A stretch of DNA of 64,000 bases, taken from contig JBDRJV010000017.1 of the NCBI GenBank assembly GCA_043814605.1, positions 5,445 through 69,444 of the forward strand. Direction: 5' to 3'. The position numbers and the translations under genes were made by a program. A model generated the notes under the pieces. The model ran no database searches. It saw only the letters and a list, made by a program, of their open reading frames with translations, and was not told the origin of the DNA. The number at the start of each line of letters is the position of its first letter. Position 1 is the stretch's first letter. This DNA comes from Candidatus Omnitrophota bacterium (GTDB lineage: Bacteria; Omnitrophota; Gorgyraeia; B26-G9). Below are positions 27,261 through 36,637 of this stretch, one piece after another.

Positions 27261-28610
27261 ATGTTTTCAAAAATTTTGATTGCAAACCGTGGAGAAATTG
27301 CCTTAAGAATAATTCGGGCTTGCCGGGAAATGGGTATTCGCACGGTGGCTGTATACTCGGAAGCAGATGCGGATTCTTTGCATGTTCAATTTGCAGATGA
27401 AGCGGTTTGTGTGGGCCCAGCATCCAGTACCGCCAGCTATTTAAATATTGCTTCAATTATGAGTGCGGCAGAAATAACCGATGTAGAAGCAATTCATCCC
27501 GGATACGGTTTTTTAGCAGAAAATGCTCATTTTGCAGAAATTTGCGAATCATGCCATATTACTTTCATTGGCCCGAGTCCTGAAAATATTCGACTGATGG
27601 GAGATAAAATGGAAGCAAAAGCAACTATGCGTAAAGCTGGTATTCCAATTATCCCGGGATCCGGAGATATCTTAACAAACAAAGAGGAAGCAATAAAAAT
27701 TGCTAACAAAATTAGATATCCGGTCATTGTTAAGGCATCGAGCGGCGGAGGTGGACGCGGGATGCGTGTGGCTCATAATGATGTACGCTTAGCCAGCTCT
27801 ATTATTACCGCGCAAACTGAAGCCGAAGCAAGCTTTGGCAATCCTAATGTTTATTTAGAAAAATATTTTGAAAAACCGCGTCATATTGAGGTTCAAATAT
27901 TAGCGGATAAGTTTAATCATGTGGTGCATTTAGGGGAGAGAGATTGTACGATACAAAGACGGCATCAAAAACTGATTGAAGAAACCCCCTCACCGGCTAT
28001 TGATGCTAAAATCAGGCGTAAAATAACTGATGCCGCAGTGCGTGCTGCACGTGCGGTCAACTACACTAATGCCGGAACTATTGAATTTTTACTGGATACT
28101 GACGAAAGATTCTACTTTATGGAAATGAATACACGCATTCAGGTTGAACACACAGTTTCAGAAATGGTATCCGGGATTGATTTAATCAAAGAGCAAATTA
28201 AAATTGCCGCAGGAGAAAAACTGAAATTATCTCAGGATGAGATTAAACTAGAAGGTGCATCTATTGAATGCCGGATTAATGCTGAAGATCCGGATAATAA
28301 TTTCATGCCTTGCCCGGGTGTAATTGAAAATTTACACATGCCTGGCGGCCGCGGCATTAGGATAGATTCACATGTTTACAGCGGGTATAAAATACCGCCT
28401 TATTATGATTCAATGATTGCTAAATTAATTGTCCACGGAAAAGACAGAAAAGAAGCAATAAAAATAATGCAGCGTGCGCTTGATGAATTTGTGATTAATC
28501 CGATAAAAACTACGATTCCTTTTCATAAGGCTGTATTTGCAGATCCACAATTTTTACGCGGTAAATATTATACTGATTTTGTAGAAAACTTTTTAATTAA
28601 AAAAGTTTAA
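27261..28610 (+). CDS. accC: Acetyl-CoA carboxylase biotin carboxylase subunit
   Basis: ATP-grasp fold with hallmark blocks ([29 protein letters not shown]). Confidence 0.9.
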   Translation: MFSKILIANRGEIALRIIRACREMGIRTVAVYSEADADSLHVQFADEAVCVGPASSTASYLNIASIMSAAEITDVEAIHPGYGFLAENAHFAEICESCHITFIGPSPENIRLMGDKMEAKATMRKAGIPIIPGSGDILTNKEEAIKIANKIRYPVIVKASSGGGGRGMRVAHNDVRLASSIITAQTEAEASFGNPNVYLEKYFEKPRHIEVQILADKFNHVVHLGERDCTIQRRHQKLIEETPSPAIDAKIRRKITDAAVRAARAVNYTNAGTIEFLLDTDERFYFMEMNTRIQVEHTVSEMVSGIDLIKEQIKIAAGEKLKLSQDEIKLEGASIECRINAEDPDNNFMPCPGVIENLHMPGGRGIRIDSHVYSGYKIPPYYDSMIAKLIVHGKDRKEAIKIMQRALDEFVINPIKTTIPFHKAVFADPQFLRGKYYTDFVENFLIKKV

Positions 28611-28624
28611 AAGGGGGAAGTATT

Positions 28625-28990
28625 GTGACAGAAAAAGACAAAAAAACAGATTTAGGAATTCTTAAAATTAATACGGAAGTAATTGCATCTATTGCCCGCA
28701 ATGCAGCATTACAGGTTAACGGAGTAGAATCAATAAAAAGTTCTCCTTTATCCATGATTTCAGATTTCTTCCATAAAGGTTACCATCATAAGGGAATCAG
28801 CTTGGAAATCAGTGAAAATGAGGTAAAGATCGGGATAACAATAATCGTCAGGTATGGAGTTACGATCCCGGAAGTTGCAAGCGTTGTGCAGGAAAATATT
28901 CGTACCGCAATTGAAGAAATGACGGGATTAACTGTTTCGGAAGTTAATATTAATATTGGAGATATCTATTCAGAACAAGTAGAAGAATAA
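28625..28990 (+). CDS. Asp23/Gls24 family envelope-stress protein
   Basis: 121 aa, characteristic Asp23 pattern (…IAS IA…V GV… EVNINIGD). Confidence 0.75.
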   Translation: MTEKDKKTDLGILKINTEVIASIARNAALQVNGVESIKSSPLSMISDFFHKGYHHKGISLEISENEVKIGITIIVRYGVTIPEVASVVQENIRTAIEEMTGLTVSEVNINIGDIYSEQVEE

Positions 28991-29000
28991 GGGGGAAACA

Positions 29001-29579
29001 ATGCGAATACTAAACAAAATAATTGTATTTTTTTATACTTTAATTTTTTCATTAATCGGTGCCTGCTTAATTTTTATATCTTTACATATTGCCGGATATT
29101 ATGACCTGACTTTTTTACTTGAATATATAATGGAATACCCCAACTTACACCTGCTTTTAGGTTTCAGCGGAATTTTATTAATCCTGGTTAGTTTATCATT
29201 ATTAAATCTTTCCTTTAAAAAATTTCAGGCGGAAAAAACGATTGGGTATGCAGCAGAAGGAGGCCAAGTTATAATTTCCTTAGGAGCAATTGAGGATTTT
29301 ATCCGCCGTTTGACCCAGCATCTACCGGAAGTGAAAGAACTTCGCTCCGAGGTTTTCGTAACTAGAAAAGGTATTGAAATTGAAAGCAGAATAGTTCTTT
29401 GGTCAACTTCAAATATTCCGGAAATTACGGAGAAAGTTCAATCAATAATCAAAGGACAAGTGGGAGATTTGCTCTCCGGTATTGATAAAGCGGTGATCGT
29501 AAATGTACATGTGGTCAAGATAGCTCCAAATGCAGAAAAAAACCAAAAAAATAAACAGGAAATCCCTTTTTTAAGATAA
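29001..29579 (+). CDS. Membrane protein, AmaP-like (Asp23 membrane anchor) guess
   Basis: Two N-terminal TM helices, follows Asp23 gene. Assignment by context only. Confidence 0.4.
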   Translation: MRILNKIIVFFYTLIFSLIGACLIFISLHIAGYYDLTFLLEYIMEYPNLHLLLGFSGILLILVSLSLLNLSFKKFQAEKTIGYAAEGGQVIISLGAIEDFIRRLTQHLPEVKELRSEVFVTRKGIEIESRIVLWSTSNIPEITEKVQSIIKGQVGDLLSGIDKAVIVNVHVVKIAPNAEKNQKNKQEIPFLR

Positions 29580-29585
29580 TTTTTT

Positions 29586-30152
29586 ATGAAAAATATTATT
29601 TCTGATATTTTTAAAAATACAATGAAGACAATTGAATTAACCCATGTAAATTGTGTGGAGGAAATTGAAAAAATTGCCGCAAACATTATTAATGTATACA
29701 AAAATAAAGGTAAAGTTTTGATTTTCGGCAACGGAGGCAGTGCCGCGGACAGTCAGCATTTTGCCGCAGAACTGGTCGGGCGATTTCAAAAAGAAAGGAG
29801 ATCTTACCCGGCAATTGCGTTAACCACAAATACTTCGACAATTACTGCCTTAGCTAATGATTATAGCTATGCATACATATTTGCACGTCAAATCGAAGCT
29901 CTTGGCACGGATAAGGACTTAGCCATCGGGATTTCCACAAGCGGACAAGCTAAGAATGTAATCAATGGGCTTAAAAAAGCTAAAGACTTAGGAATGCAAA
30001 CTATTGCTTTGACCGGCCAAAAAGGTAAAAATCTCAAAAATTTAGTCGACATTTGTTTATGCGTGCCAGACGGTGATACCCCTCGTATTCAGGAAGCGCA
30101 TATAACCATAATTCACATAATTTGTAAACTCGTTGAAGATAATTTATCATAA
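29586..30152 (+). CDS. gmhA: D-sedoheptulose-7-phosphate isomerase (SIS domain)
   Basis: GNGGSAADSQHFAAEL motif. Confidence 0.85.
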   Translation: MKNIISDIFKNTMKTIELTHVNCVEEIEKIAANIINVYKNKGKVLIFGNGGSAADSQHFAAELVGRFQKERRSYPAIALTTNTSTITALANDYSYAYIFARQIEALGTDKDLAIGISTSGQAKNVINGLKKAKDLGMQTIALTGQKGKNLKNLVDICLCVPDGDTPRIQEAHITIIHIICKLVEDNLS

Positions 30153-30637
30153 TGATAAAAGATAAAATAAAATCATTAAAACAGTTATCCACTATTGTAT
30201 TGCATCTCCGACACGCTAAAAAGAAAATCGCATTTACAAACGGCTGTTTTGATTTAATTCATTATGGCCACATTCATTATTTAGAGCAAGCTAAAAAGAA
30301 AACTGATTTTTTAATTGTGGCGATTAACAGCGATAGTTCTGTAAAAAAAATTAAGGGTCCATCCCGGCCGATAACATCACAAAAAAATAGGGCCAGGGTA
30401 ATCGCGGCGCTTGAATGTGTGGATTATGTAACCGTTTTTAACCAATCAACACCGCAAAAACTAATTGAGAAACTTAAGCCGGATATTTTAATTAAAGGCG
30501 CAGATTGGAAAAAAGCGGATATTGTAGGTTCCGAAACAGTTATTAAAAATGGCGGCAAAATAGTCCGGATTAAATTGATCAAAAAACTTTCAACCACACA
30601 ATTAATAAAAAACATTGTTAAAAAAAAAGTTAAATAA
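30152..30637 (+). CDS. D-glycero-beta-D-manno-heptose-1-phosphate adenylyltransferase (RfaE domain II-like cytidylyltransferase)
   Basis: Nucleotidyltransferase motif FTNGCFDLIHYGHIHYL. Confidence 0.85.
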   Translation: MIKDKIKSLKQLSTIVLHLRHAKKKIAFTNGCFDLIHYGHIHYLEQAKKKTDFLIVAINSDSSVKKIKGPSRPITSQKNRARVIAALECVDYVTVFNQSTPQKLIEKLKPDILIKGADWKKADIVGSETVIKNGGKIVRIKLIKKLSTTQLIKNIVKKKVK

Positions 30638-31079
30638 TTATAAAATTTTAAGATTAATTGATGCAAATTCTAACCGTTTACGTGAGGGATTAAGAGTTGT
30701 TGAAGATATCCTCAGGTTTATTTTGGACGATGAAAAATTAACTGCAAAACTTAAAATTTTTAGACACAAGTTAACCAGAACTTTAAATAAAGCAACAATC
30801 ATAAAATCATTAAAAGCACTGAATCACAGACAAATAAATAAGGACGTGGGAAAAAAAACAATAAAGTCTGAAAATATACGCTTTAATGTAAAAGATATTT
30901 TTATGGCAAATGCGCAACGGATTAAGGAATCAACCCGCGTGTTAGAAGAGTTTTTTAAATTATACAATCTTACAATTGCTGAGGATCTAAAAAAATTAAG
31001 ATATAATTTTTACGATTTAGAACAAAAAATAATAACTAAAATTTTAGATTCAGGAAAAACTAAAAAAAGTAAACTTTAA
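30615..31079 (+). CDS. Hypothetical protein, possibly thiamine-associated (ThiD2-like N-terminal motif), upstream of thiC
   Basis: Motif LRLIDANSNRLREGLRVVEDILRF recalled from a domain that accompanies thiamine-phosphate synthase genes. Low certainty. Start uncertain (overlap with upstream gene). Confidence 0.35.
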   Translation: MLKKKLNNYKILRLIDANSNRLREGLRVVEDILRFILDDEKLTAKLKIFRHKLTRTLNKATIIKSLKALNHRQINKDVGKKTIKSENIRFNVKDIFMANAQRIKESTRVLEEFFKLYNLTIAEDLKKLRYNFYDLEQKIITKILDSGKTKKSKL

Positions 31080-31208
31080 AATCTATATTTGCTCGGAAAA
31101 GAAAATTATAATCTGTTTATCTTTGTTTTAAAAAGATAACCTGTTAATATAAAAATTTTTTTCTGTTTCCCTTTTTTAGAATTTCCTCACCTTAAATAAA
31201 AGCGCACG

Positions 31209-32483
31209 ATGAAAACATTAATTGAAACAGCTAAATCCGGAAAAAATTCTTTTTTGATGCGGATGATTTCACGCGATGAAAAGGTAGATATTAATATCCT
31301 CAGAAAACTCATTGCCGAAGGGAAAATAGTTATTCCCAAAAACAAAAATCACATTCTGACTAAACCTTGCGGAATCGGCCAAATGATGCGTGTTAAAATA
31401 AACGCTAACATTGGCACCTCCCCGGGGTGTTCTTCGCCAACAATAGAATTAAAAAAACTAAACACTGCAATTGAATTTGGTGCCGATACTGTTATGGATT
31501 TAAGCGTCGGTGCTAATCTTGTGCAAACTCAAAAATTAATTTTAAAAAAATCTTGTGTTCCAATTGGGACAGTACCAATTTATCAGGCAGCATTAAATGC
31601 TAAAAAAAATCGCGGGTCAATTGTCAACATGACCAATAATGATTTTTTAGAAGTTATCGCCCAGCAGGCAAAAGATGGTGTTGATTTTTTTACAATCCAT
31701 GCTGGGATCACAAAAAAAACTTTAAATACGCTGAAAAATTATCCCCGTTTTATCGGGATTGTAAGCCGGGGAGGAGCAATAATTGCAAAATGGATTAAGG
31801 AGAATAAAAAAGAAAATCCGTTATTTGAAAATTTTGATAAAATATTAAAAATCGCTAAACAATACGATATTGTTTTAAGTTTAGGAGATGGTTTACGTCC
31901 GGGAACAATTTTGGACGCAACGGATAAACCACAGATTTCTGAATTAAAATTATTAGGTTTTCTCGCAAAAATGGCAATAAAAGCCGGGGTACAAGTAATG
32001 ATTGAAGGCCCCGGCCACATCCCGATTGATCAAATTCAAAAAAATATTAAATTACAGAAAAAATTTTGTCAGGGCATACCTTTTTATGTTTTAGGACCAT
32101 TAGTAACTGACATTGGAATGGGGTATGATCACATTACGGCAGCAATCGGATCAGGTATTGCGGCTGCATACGGAGCTGATTTTATCTGTTTTGTTACACC
32201 AGCTGAGCATTTAAAATTACCGGATATAACAGACATTAAACTAGGGGTTATTGCCAGCCGCATTGCAGCACACAGCGGGGATTTAGCCCGCGGTAACCAA
32301 CAGGCCTGGAAAAAAGACAAGCTTATGTCTTGGGCGAGAAAAAAAAGAGAATGGGATAAGCAAATTAAAATGTCTTTAGATCCCAAAAAAATCCGAGCAC
32401 TTAGAAGTAATTCGCAACCGGCAATTAAGGATGTTTGCACAATGTGCGGTGAATTTTGTTCTATGAAACTTATGGATGATTAG
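31209..32483 (+). CDS. thiC: Phosphomethylpyrimidine synthase
   Basis: ThiC core blocks and C-terminal CTMCGEFCSMK Fe-S cluster motif. Confidence 0.9.
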   Translation: MKTLIETAKSGKNSFLMRMISRDEKVDINILRKLIAEGKIVIPKNKNHILTKPCGIGQMMRVKINANIGTSPGCSSPTIELKKLNTAIEFGADTVMDLSVGANLVQTQKLILKKSCVPIGTVPIYQAALNAKKNRGSIVNMTNNDFLEVIAQQAKDGVDFFTIHAGITKKTLNTLKNYPRFIGIVSRGGAIIAKWIKENKKENPLFENFDKILKIAKQYDIVLSLGDGLRPGTILDATDKPQISELKLLGFLAKMAIKAGVQVMIEGPGHIPIDQIQKNIKLQKKFCQGIPFYVLGPLVTDIGMGYDHITAAIGSGIAAAYGADFICFVTPAEHLKLPDITDIKLGVIASRIAAHSGDLARGNQQAWKKDKLMSWARKKREWDKQIKMSLDPKKIRALRSNSQPAIKDVCTMCGEFCSMKLMDD

Positions 32484-32733
32484 GTTTAAGAATTAAGCGT
32501 TAAGAATCAAGGAAAATTTAAAAAGTAAAAATGCTTAATAATTATCTAGCAAACAAAAAACTTTTTTAGATATTTGAAATTTAATTTTGATTTACTTATG
32601 GATAGAGAGTGTATATTACACTTAATTCTTACAACTTAGTACTTATCCCGAATGAAGCAGTTTTCACAAGATGCACTTCGGGATCCTGATGCTCTTACTA
32701 CAGGGGCAACATCATTCGGTAAAACTATCTTTT

Positions 32734-32817
32734 GCGGGCGTAGTGGGAGTGGTACCTGTGCCGCCACTTATTGAAAAACATCCTGAGATTATATCAGGGC
32801 GGCAGAACATCAGCTTC
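32734..32817 (+). pseudogene. Disrupted tRNA-Gly-like fragments (5' part GCGGGCGTAGTGGGAGTGG … GGCAGAACATCAGCTTC)
   Basis: Two segments, near-identical to the 5' acceptor/D-arm and the D/anticodon-stem of the intact tRNA-Gly ~190 bp downstream, separated by ~48 nt of unrelated sequence. Confidence 0.5.
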
Positions 32818-32925
32818 TAAAATGAGTATTTAACTTACGGAGTGAAACGACGAAAGTTAATTATGCGAATTTTATCCCGCCGGATTAAAGGCGGGGCCAA
32901 GCTGTTTATTGACAAATTAATTGAT

Positions 32926-32999
32926 GCGGGCGTAGTTCAGTGGCAGAACATCAGCTTCCCAAGCTGAATACGAGGGTTCGATTCCCTTCGCCCGCTCCA
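32926..32999 (+). tRNA. tRNA-Gly (anticodon CCC), CCA encoded
   Basis: Hand-folded: acceptor GCGGGCG/CGCCCGC, D-arm GTTC/GAAC, anticodon stem TCAGC/GCTGA with loop TTCCCAA, T-arm GAGGG-TTCGATT-CCCTT, then TCCA. Confidence 0.85.
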
Positions 33000-33118
33000 G
33001 AAGATGGAACTCCTAAGGGAATCGAAGCAAATGAGCGCCGACCCTAGGGAGGAAAAGCGAGCAGGATTGCGAGCGTCAGCGAATGCAGGGGAGCCTACGC
33101 AGAGAGCAATACGATGTT

Positions 33119-33177
33119 GCGAACGTAGTGGGCGATTTCCTTCGCCCGCTCCAGAAGATTGAACTCCTAAGGGAATC
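33119..33177 (+). pseudogene. Internally deleted tRNA-Gly pseudo-copy plus repeat of the tRNA's 3' flank
   Basis: GCGAACGTAGT|GGGCGATTTCCTTCGCCCGCTCCA reproduces the 5' acceptor and 3' T-arm/acceptor with the middle missing. 44-bp repeat (2 mismatches) of 32981..33027 including the downstream AAGGGAATC box. Confidence 0.55.
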
Positions 33178-33272
33178 AAAATTTATCCTGTATCATGCGA
33201 AGAATTGGTACAGGGAAAAAAACATTTTTTTGTATGAGATAATTAAGAGTAAATTAATTAGCAGGGGAAACA

Positions 33273-33977
33273 ATGCCGTGTTTAAAATTCTACATATTCA
33301 GTATAATAGTTGTAATCGCATTATTATTTAGCGCTGGATGTTCTGTGCGCGCGCCGATTATAAAAACTACTTTAAAAAAACCGCCAGGACTTATTGCTCC
33401 CCAAGTTACTGGCGAATATCATAGTGTAAAAAAAGGAGAGACTCTCTGGAAAATTAGTCAATATTACTCTGTTGATTTAAACCAGTTATCTGAAATTAAT
33501 AGGATAAGTAATACTTGTAAAATTGAAGTTGGGCAAGAAATCTTTATCCCAGATTATTTGCGAAAAAAGCAGAAGGATCAAAAAATCTATAATCTTTCGG
33601 GGAAAATAACTTTTATCTGGCCTTATAAAGGTGAAATTGTCAGTTGTTTTAATCAAAGCAAATTAAATGTAAAAAACCCTGGTATTGATTTAGCTGCAAA
33701 AGAAGGCAGTTCGATCGCTGCCGCTTGTGATGGTATTGTTATTTTTACATCTGAAAATATGCGCGGGTATGGAAAAGCCATAATTATTCAACATGCAGAA
33801 AATTTTACTACAGTATATACACAAAATAAAAAAAATTTAGTAAAAAAAGGTGAATATGTAAAAAAAGGCCAGGTAATTGCAAAGGCCGGTTCAACCGGGA
33901 GAACTTCCCGCTGTTTGGTACATTTTGAATTAAGAAAAAACAACAAACCACAGAATCCATTACTTTATTTACCATAG
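33273..33977 (+). CDS. Lipoprotein with LysM domain and M23 metalloendopeptidase domain
   Basis: Lipobox LFSAGCS. LysM YHSVKKGETLWKISQYY. M23 blocks (HxxxD region GIDLAA, HFELR). Confidence 0.85.
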   Translation: MPCLKFYIFSIIVVIALLFSAGCSVRAPIIKTTLKKPPGLIAPQVTGEYHSVKKGETLWKISQYYSVDLNQLSEINRISNTCKIEVGQEIFIPDYLRKKQKDQKIYNLSGKITFIWPYKGEIVSCFNQSKLNVKNPGIDLAAKEGSSIAAACDGIVIFTSENMRGYGKAIIIQHAENFTTVYTQNKKNLVKKGEYVKKGQVIAKAGSTGRTSRCLVHFELRKNNKPQNPLLYLP

Positions 33978-33987
33978 GAAATTAGCG

Positions 33988-35613
33988 ATGAATTTAAATT
34001 TAATGACACAACCAAAAATGAACATTTATCGGCCGCAGATTCTAAACCTGCTTTTAATGCGGGTGGAAGCTTTGTTAAAAAAATACCGGCAAAATATTGC
34101 GATTGTAGGTTATCAAAGTTTGGGAAAGACAGCTTTAATTTTTGATCTTTTATATAAAATTAAAAATTTTAATTTGATTCCAATTTATATTACCCTAAAA
34201 ACAAAATCAATAGAACTCTTTGCCAAGAATTTTATGGGGATTTTACTTTATCAATATCTTGCAGAGGAAAAAGAAAAAGTTGAAGACAACTTGGATTTCT
34301 TAATTAATAAAAGTAAAGAAAAAATACCCCGGACAGCAAAAGAAATTCTCAAAATACTCAAATTAATTAATAAAAAATGTACTTCGGATGAAATTTTCAG
34401 TAACGTTTTGGATTTACCTCAAATTTTATATGAAGAAACTCAGAAACCGGTGATTTTAATTTTCGATGAATTTCAAAATTTTGAGAAATTAGGATTAAAT
34501 CGCCCCTTTCTTGAATTAAGTAATAAGATTATGGTCCAAAAAAATATAATGTACATAATTATAAGTTCAAGGCCATATCGTGCGAGAAATATTTTGACTA
34601 AAAAATTAAGTCTTTTATTCGGAAATTTTGAAATCGTGGAGATTAATCCTTTTGATGCCAAGACAGCAGATGATTTTATAAGTCAGGAGTTAAAGGATTT
34701 TTTAATCGAAGAGGATTTAAAAAATTTTTTAATTTATCTTTCTGGCGGTTACCCTTTTTACTTAAAGATATTTCTTGACCAACTCAAATCTATTTCTTTG
34801 GAAAAGAACAGCGGGAAAATAAACGAAGAAATTTTTTTAAAAAGTTTAGAGGAATTAATGCATCAAAACCATGGAATAATAAATCAATATTTTTACAATA
34901 AATATCGTGTTCTGCTTAATAAAAGCGGTTCAAATCTATTTCCATCGATATTGCAAGCTATTGCGGATGGGAAGAAAAAACCCTCGCAAATTGCCAGCTA
35001 TTTAGCAAAAAAAACACCAGAAGTTAACCGGTATATTAATAAACTGATTGAGAAAGACATAATCACCAAAAAAGGGATATTTACACACATTAATGATCCG
35101 CTTTTTGCTTGTTGGATAAAATTTGTATTTAGCCGTGATCAGGATTCTTTTGACATGAATATCTATGGTGCAACAAAAAAATTTGAAGATGACTTAGCTC
35201 GCATTCTGGCTGAATTTAAAAGCGAATCTCAGAAGAAAATTAGTAACCGTATCAAAGAAGTATTTGAACTATTTGAAAATGATATTATCGAACTTGATAA
35301 AAAACGATTTATGTTAACACATTTTGACGAAATTATTACGAATGATCATAATGGCCTGAGCTTGATAAATGCCCGGCGATTGAAAAAAAGTTGGTTCTGT
35401 TGCGTAGAAAAAGAATTTGTTGATGAAGTTAAGGTCAATGAGTTTATAAAAAAAATAAAAAGAAAGGAGTGCCTAAAAAGAATTTTAATAGCATTAGACG
35501 GCATTGATGTTAACGCGCGGTTAAAAGCGTTAGAAGAAAAAGTCTGGATTTGGGACCAAAAAATTTTAAATGAACTATTTTCAATATTTGAAAGGCCAAG
35601 GTTTCTAAAATGA
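33988..35613 (+). CDS. AAA+ ATPase of the archaeal-ATPase/DUF234 type
   Basis: Walker A IVGYQSLGKTAL. Walker B ILIFDEFQNF. C-terminal winged-helix-like tail. Confidence 0.75.
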   Translation: MNLNLMTQPKMNIYRPQILNLLLMRVEALLKKYRQNIAIVGYQSLGKTALIFDLLYKIKNFNLIPIYITLKTKSIELFAKNFMGILLYQYLAEEKEKVEDNLDFLINKSKEKIPRTAKEILKILKLINKKCTSDEIFSNVLDLPQILYEETQKPVILIFDEFQNFEKLGLNRPFLELSNKIMVQKNIMYIIISSRPYRARNILTKKLSLLFGNFEIVEINPFDAKTADDFISQELKDFLIEEDLKNFLIYLSGGYPFYLKIFLDQLKSISLEKNSGKINEEIFLKSLEELMHQNHGIINQYFYNKYRVLLNKSGSNLFPSILQAIADGKKKPSQIASYLAKKTPEVNRYINKLIEKDIITKKGIFTHINDPLFACWIKFVFSRDQDSFDMNIYGATKKFEDDLARILAEFKSESQKKISNRIKEVFELFENDIIELDKKRFMLTHFDEIITNDHNGLSLINARRLKKSWFCCVEKEFVDEVKVNEFIKKIKRKECLKRILIALDGIDVNARLKALEEKVWIWDQKILNELFSIFERPRFLK

Positions 35614-36092
35614 AAATTGGAGTAATTTCAGATACACATATCCCGGTTAACTGCCCTGAAATACCTAAAAAAATATTAAAAGTATTTAAGGATGTTGAGA
35701 TGATTCTGCACGCGGGAGACTTGATTGATTATAAGGTAATAGGAATGCTGCAAAAAATAACCCCCCGAGTTGTTGCAGTTTGCGGAAATATGGATTCTCA
35801 CGAAGCATGTGAAAAGTTAGCAAAAAAAGAGATTTTAACTGTTGGCCGGTATAAAATTGGGTTAATCCATGGATATGGCGCTGCCGATACAATTATTGAA
35901 ACAGTATCCGATGAATTAAAAAATGTTGATATTATTGTTTTTGGTCATTCACACAAGCCGCTAAATAAAAAAATCAACGGCATTTTATATTTTAATCCGG
36001 GAAGCGCAACGGATAAGATTTTCACAAAGGAGAATACAGTAGGAATATTAAATATTAATGATAAAATTGAAGCAAATTTAATTATTGTTTGA
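35610..36092 (+). CDS. YfcE/MJ0936-family metallophosphoesterase
   Basis: MKIGVISDTHIP…, GDLID, GNMD, GHSHKP motifs. 4-nt overlap with the ATPase gene. Confidence 0.85.
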   Translation: MKIGVISDTHIPVNCPEIPKKILKVFKDVEMILHAGDLIDYKVIGMLQKITPRVVAVCGNMDSHEACEKLAKKEILTVGRYKIGLIHGYGAADTIIETVSDELKNVDIIVFGHSHKPLNKKINGILYFNPGSATDKIFTKENTVGILNINDKIEANLIIV

Positions 36093-36133
36093 TTTAATAA
36101 TAAACGTCAAATATTAAAGAAACGAGGTTTAAA

Positions 36134-36604
36134 ATGGATAAACTTTGGGCTCCGTGGAGAATAAAATATATCCAAGCAAAAAAAACAAAAGGCTGTATTT
36201 TTTGCCAAAAACCAAAACAAAAGAAAGATAAACTAAATTATATAATTAAACGAAAAAAATATGCGTATTCAATGTTGAATATTTTTCCTTATAATAACGG
36301 GCATATTTTAGTTGCTCCTTACAAACATGAAGCTAATTTAGATAAACTTGTACCGAATGAAGTTTTAGAGATTATCGATTTAATCAACGAGAACATAAAA
36401 ATATTAAAATTAAAACTAAAACCGCAAGGATTTAATATCGGGGTGAATATGGGAAAAGTTGCCGGCGCTGGATTTGACAATCATATTCATTTTCATATTG
36501 TACCCCGATGGGCAGCAGACACAAATTTTATGCCGATAATAACAGGAACAAAGATAATTTCACAATCATTAGATGAATTATATGAGGTTTTAACACTAAA
36601 GTAA
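36134..36604 (+). CDS. HIT (histidine triad) family protein
   Basis: HxHxHxx motif HIHFHIVPRW. N-terminal CxxC. Confidence 0.75.
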   Translation: MDKLWAPWRIKYIQAKKTKGCIFCQKPKQKKDKLNYIIKRKKYAYSMLNIFPYNNGHILVAPYKHEANLDKLVPNEVLEIIDLINENIKILKLKLKPQGFNIGVNMGKVAGAGFDNHIHFHIVPRWAADTNFMPIITGTKIISQSLDELYEVLTLK

Positions 36605-36637
36605 AAAGTAAAAATTAAAAGGAGAAATTAGGCAATC

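Noticed and set aside
31080-31208. Looked for a TPP riboswitch upstream of thiC
   Set aside because: No CTGAGA / ACCTGATCTGGATAATGCCAGCGTAGGGAA-type core is visible. The region is plain AT-rich spacer.
32937-33179. 80-aa minus-strand ORF and overlapping 33083..33331 plus-strand ORF
   Set aside because: Both overlap tRNA-Gly and its fragmentary repeat. No RBS. Composition driven by the tRNA sequence.
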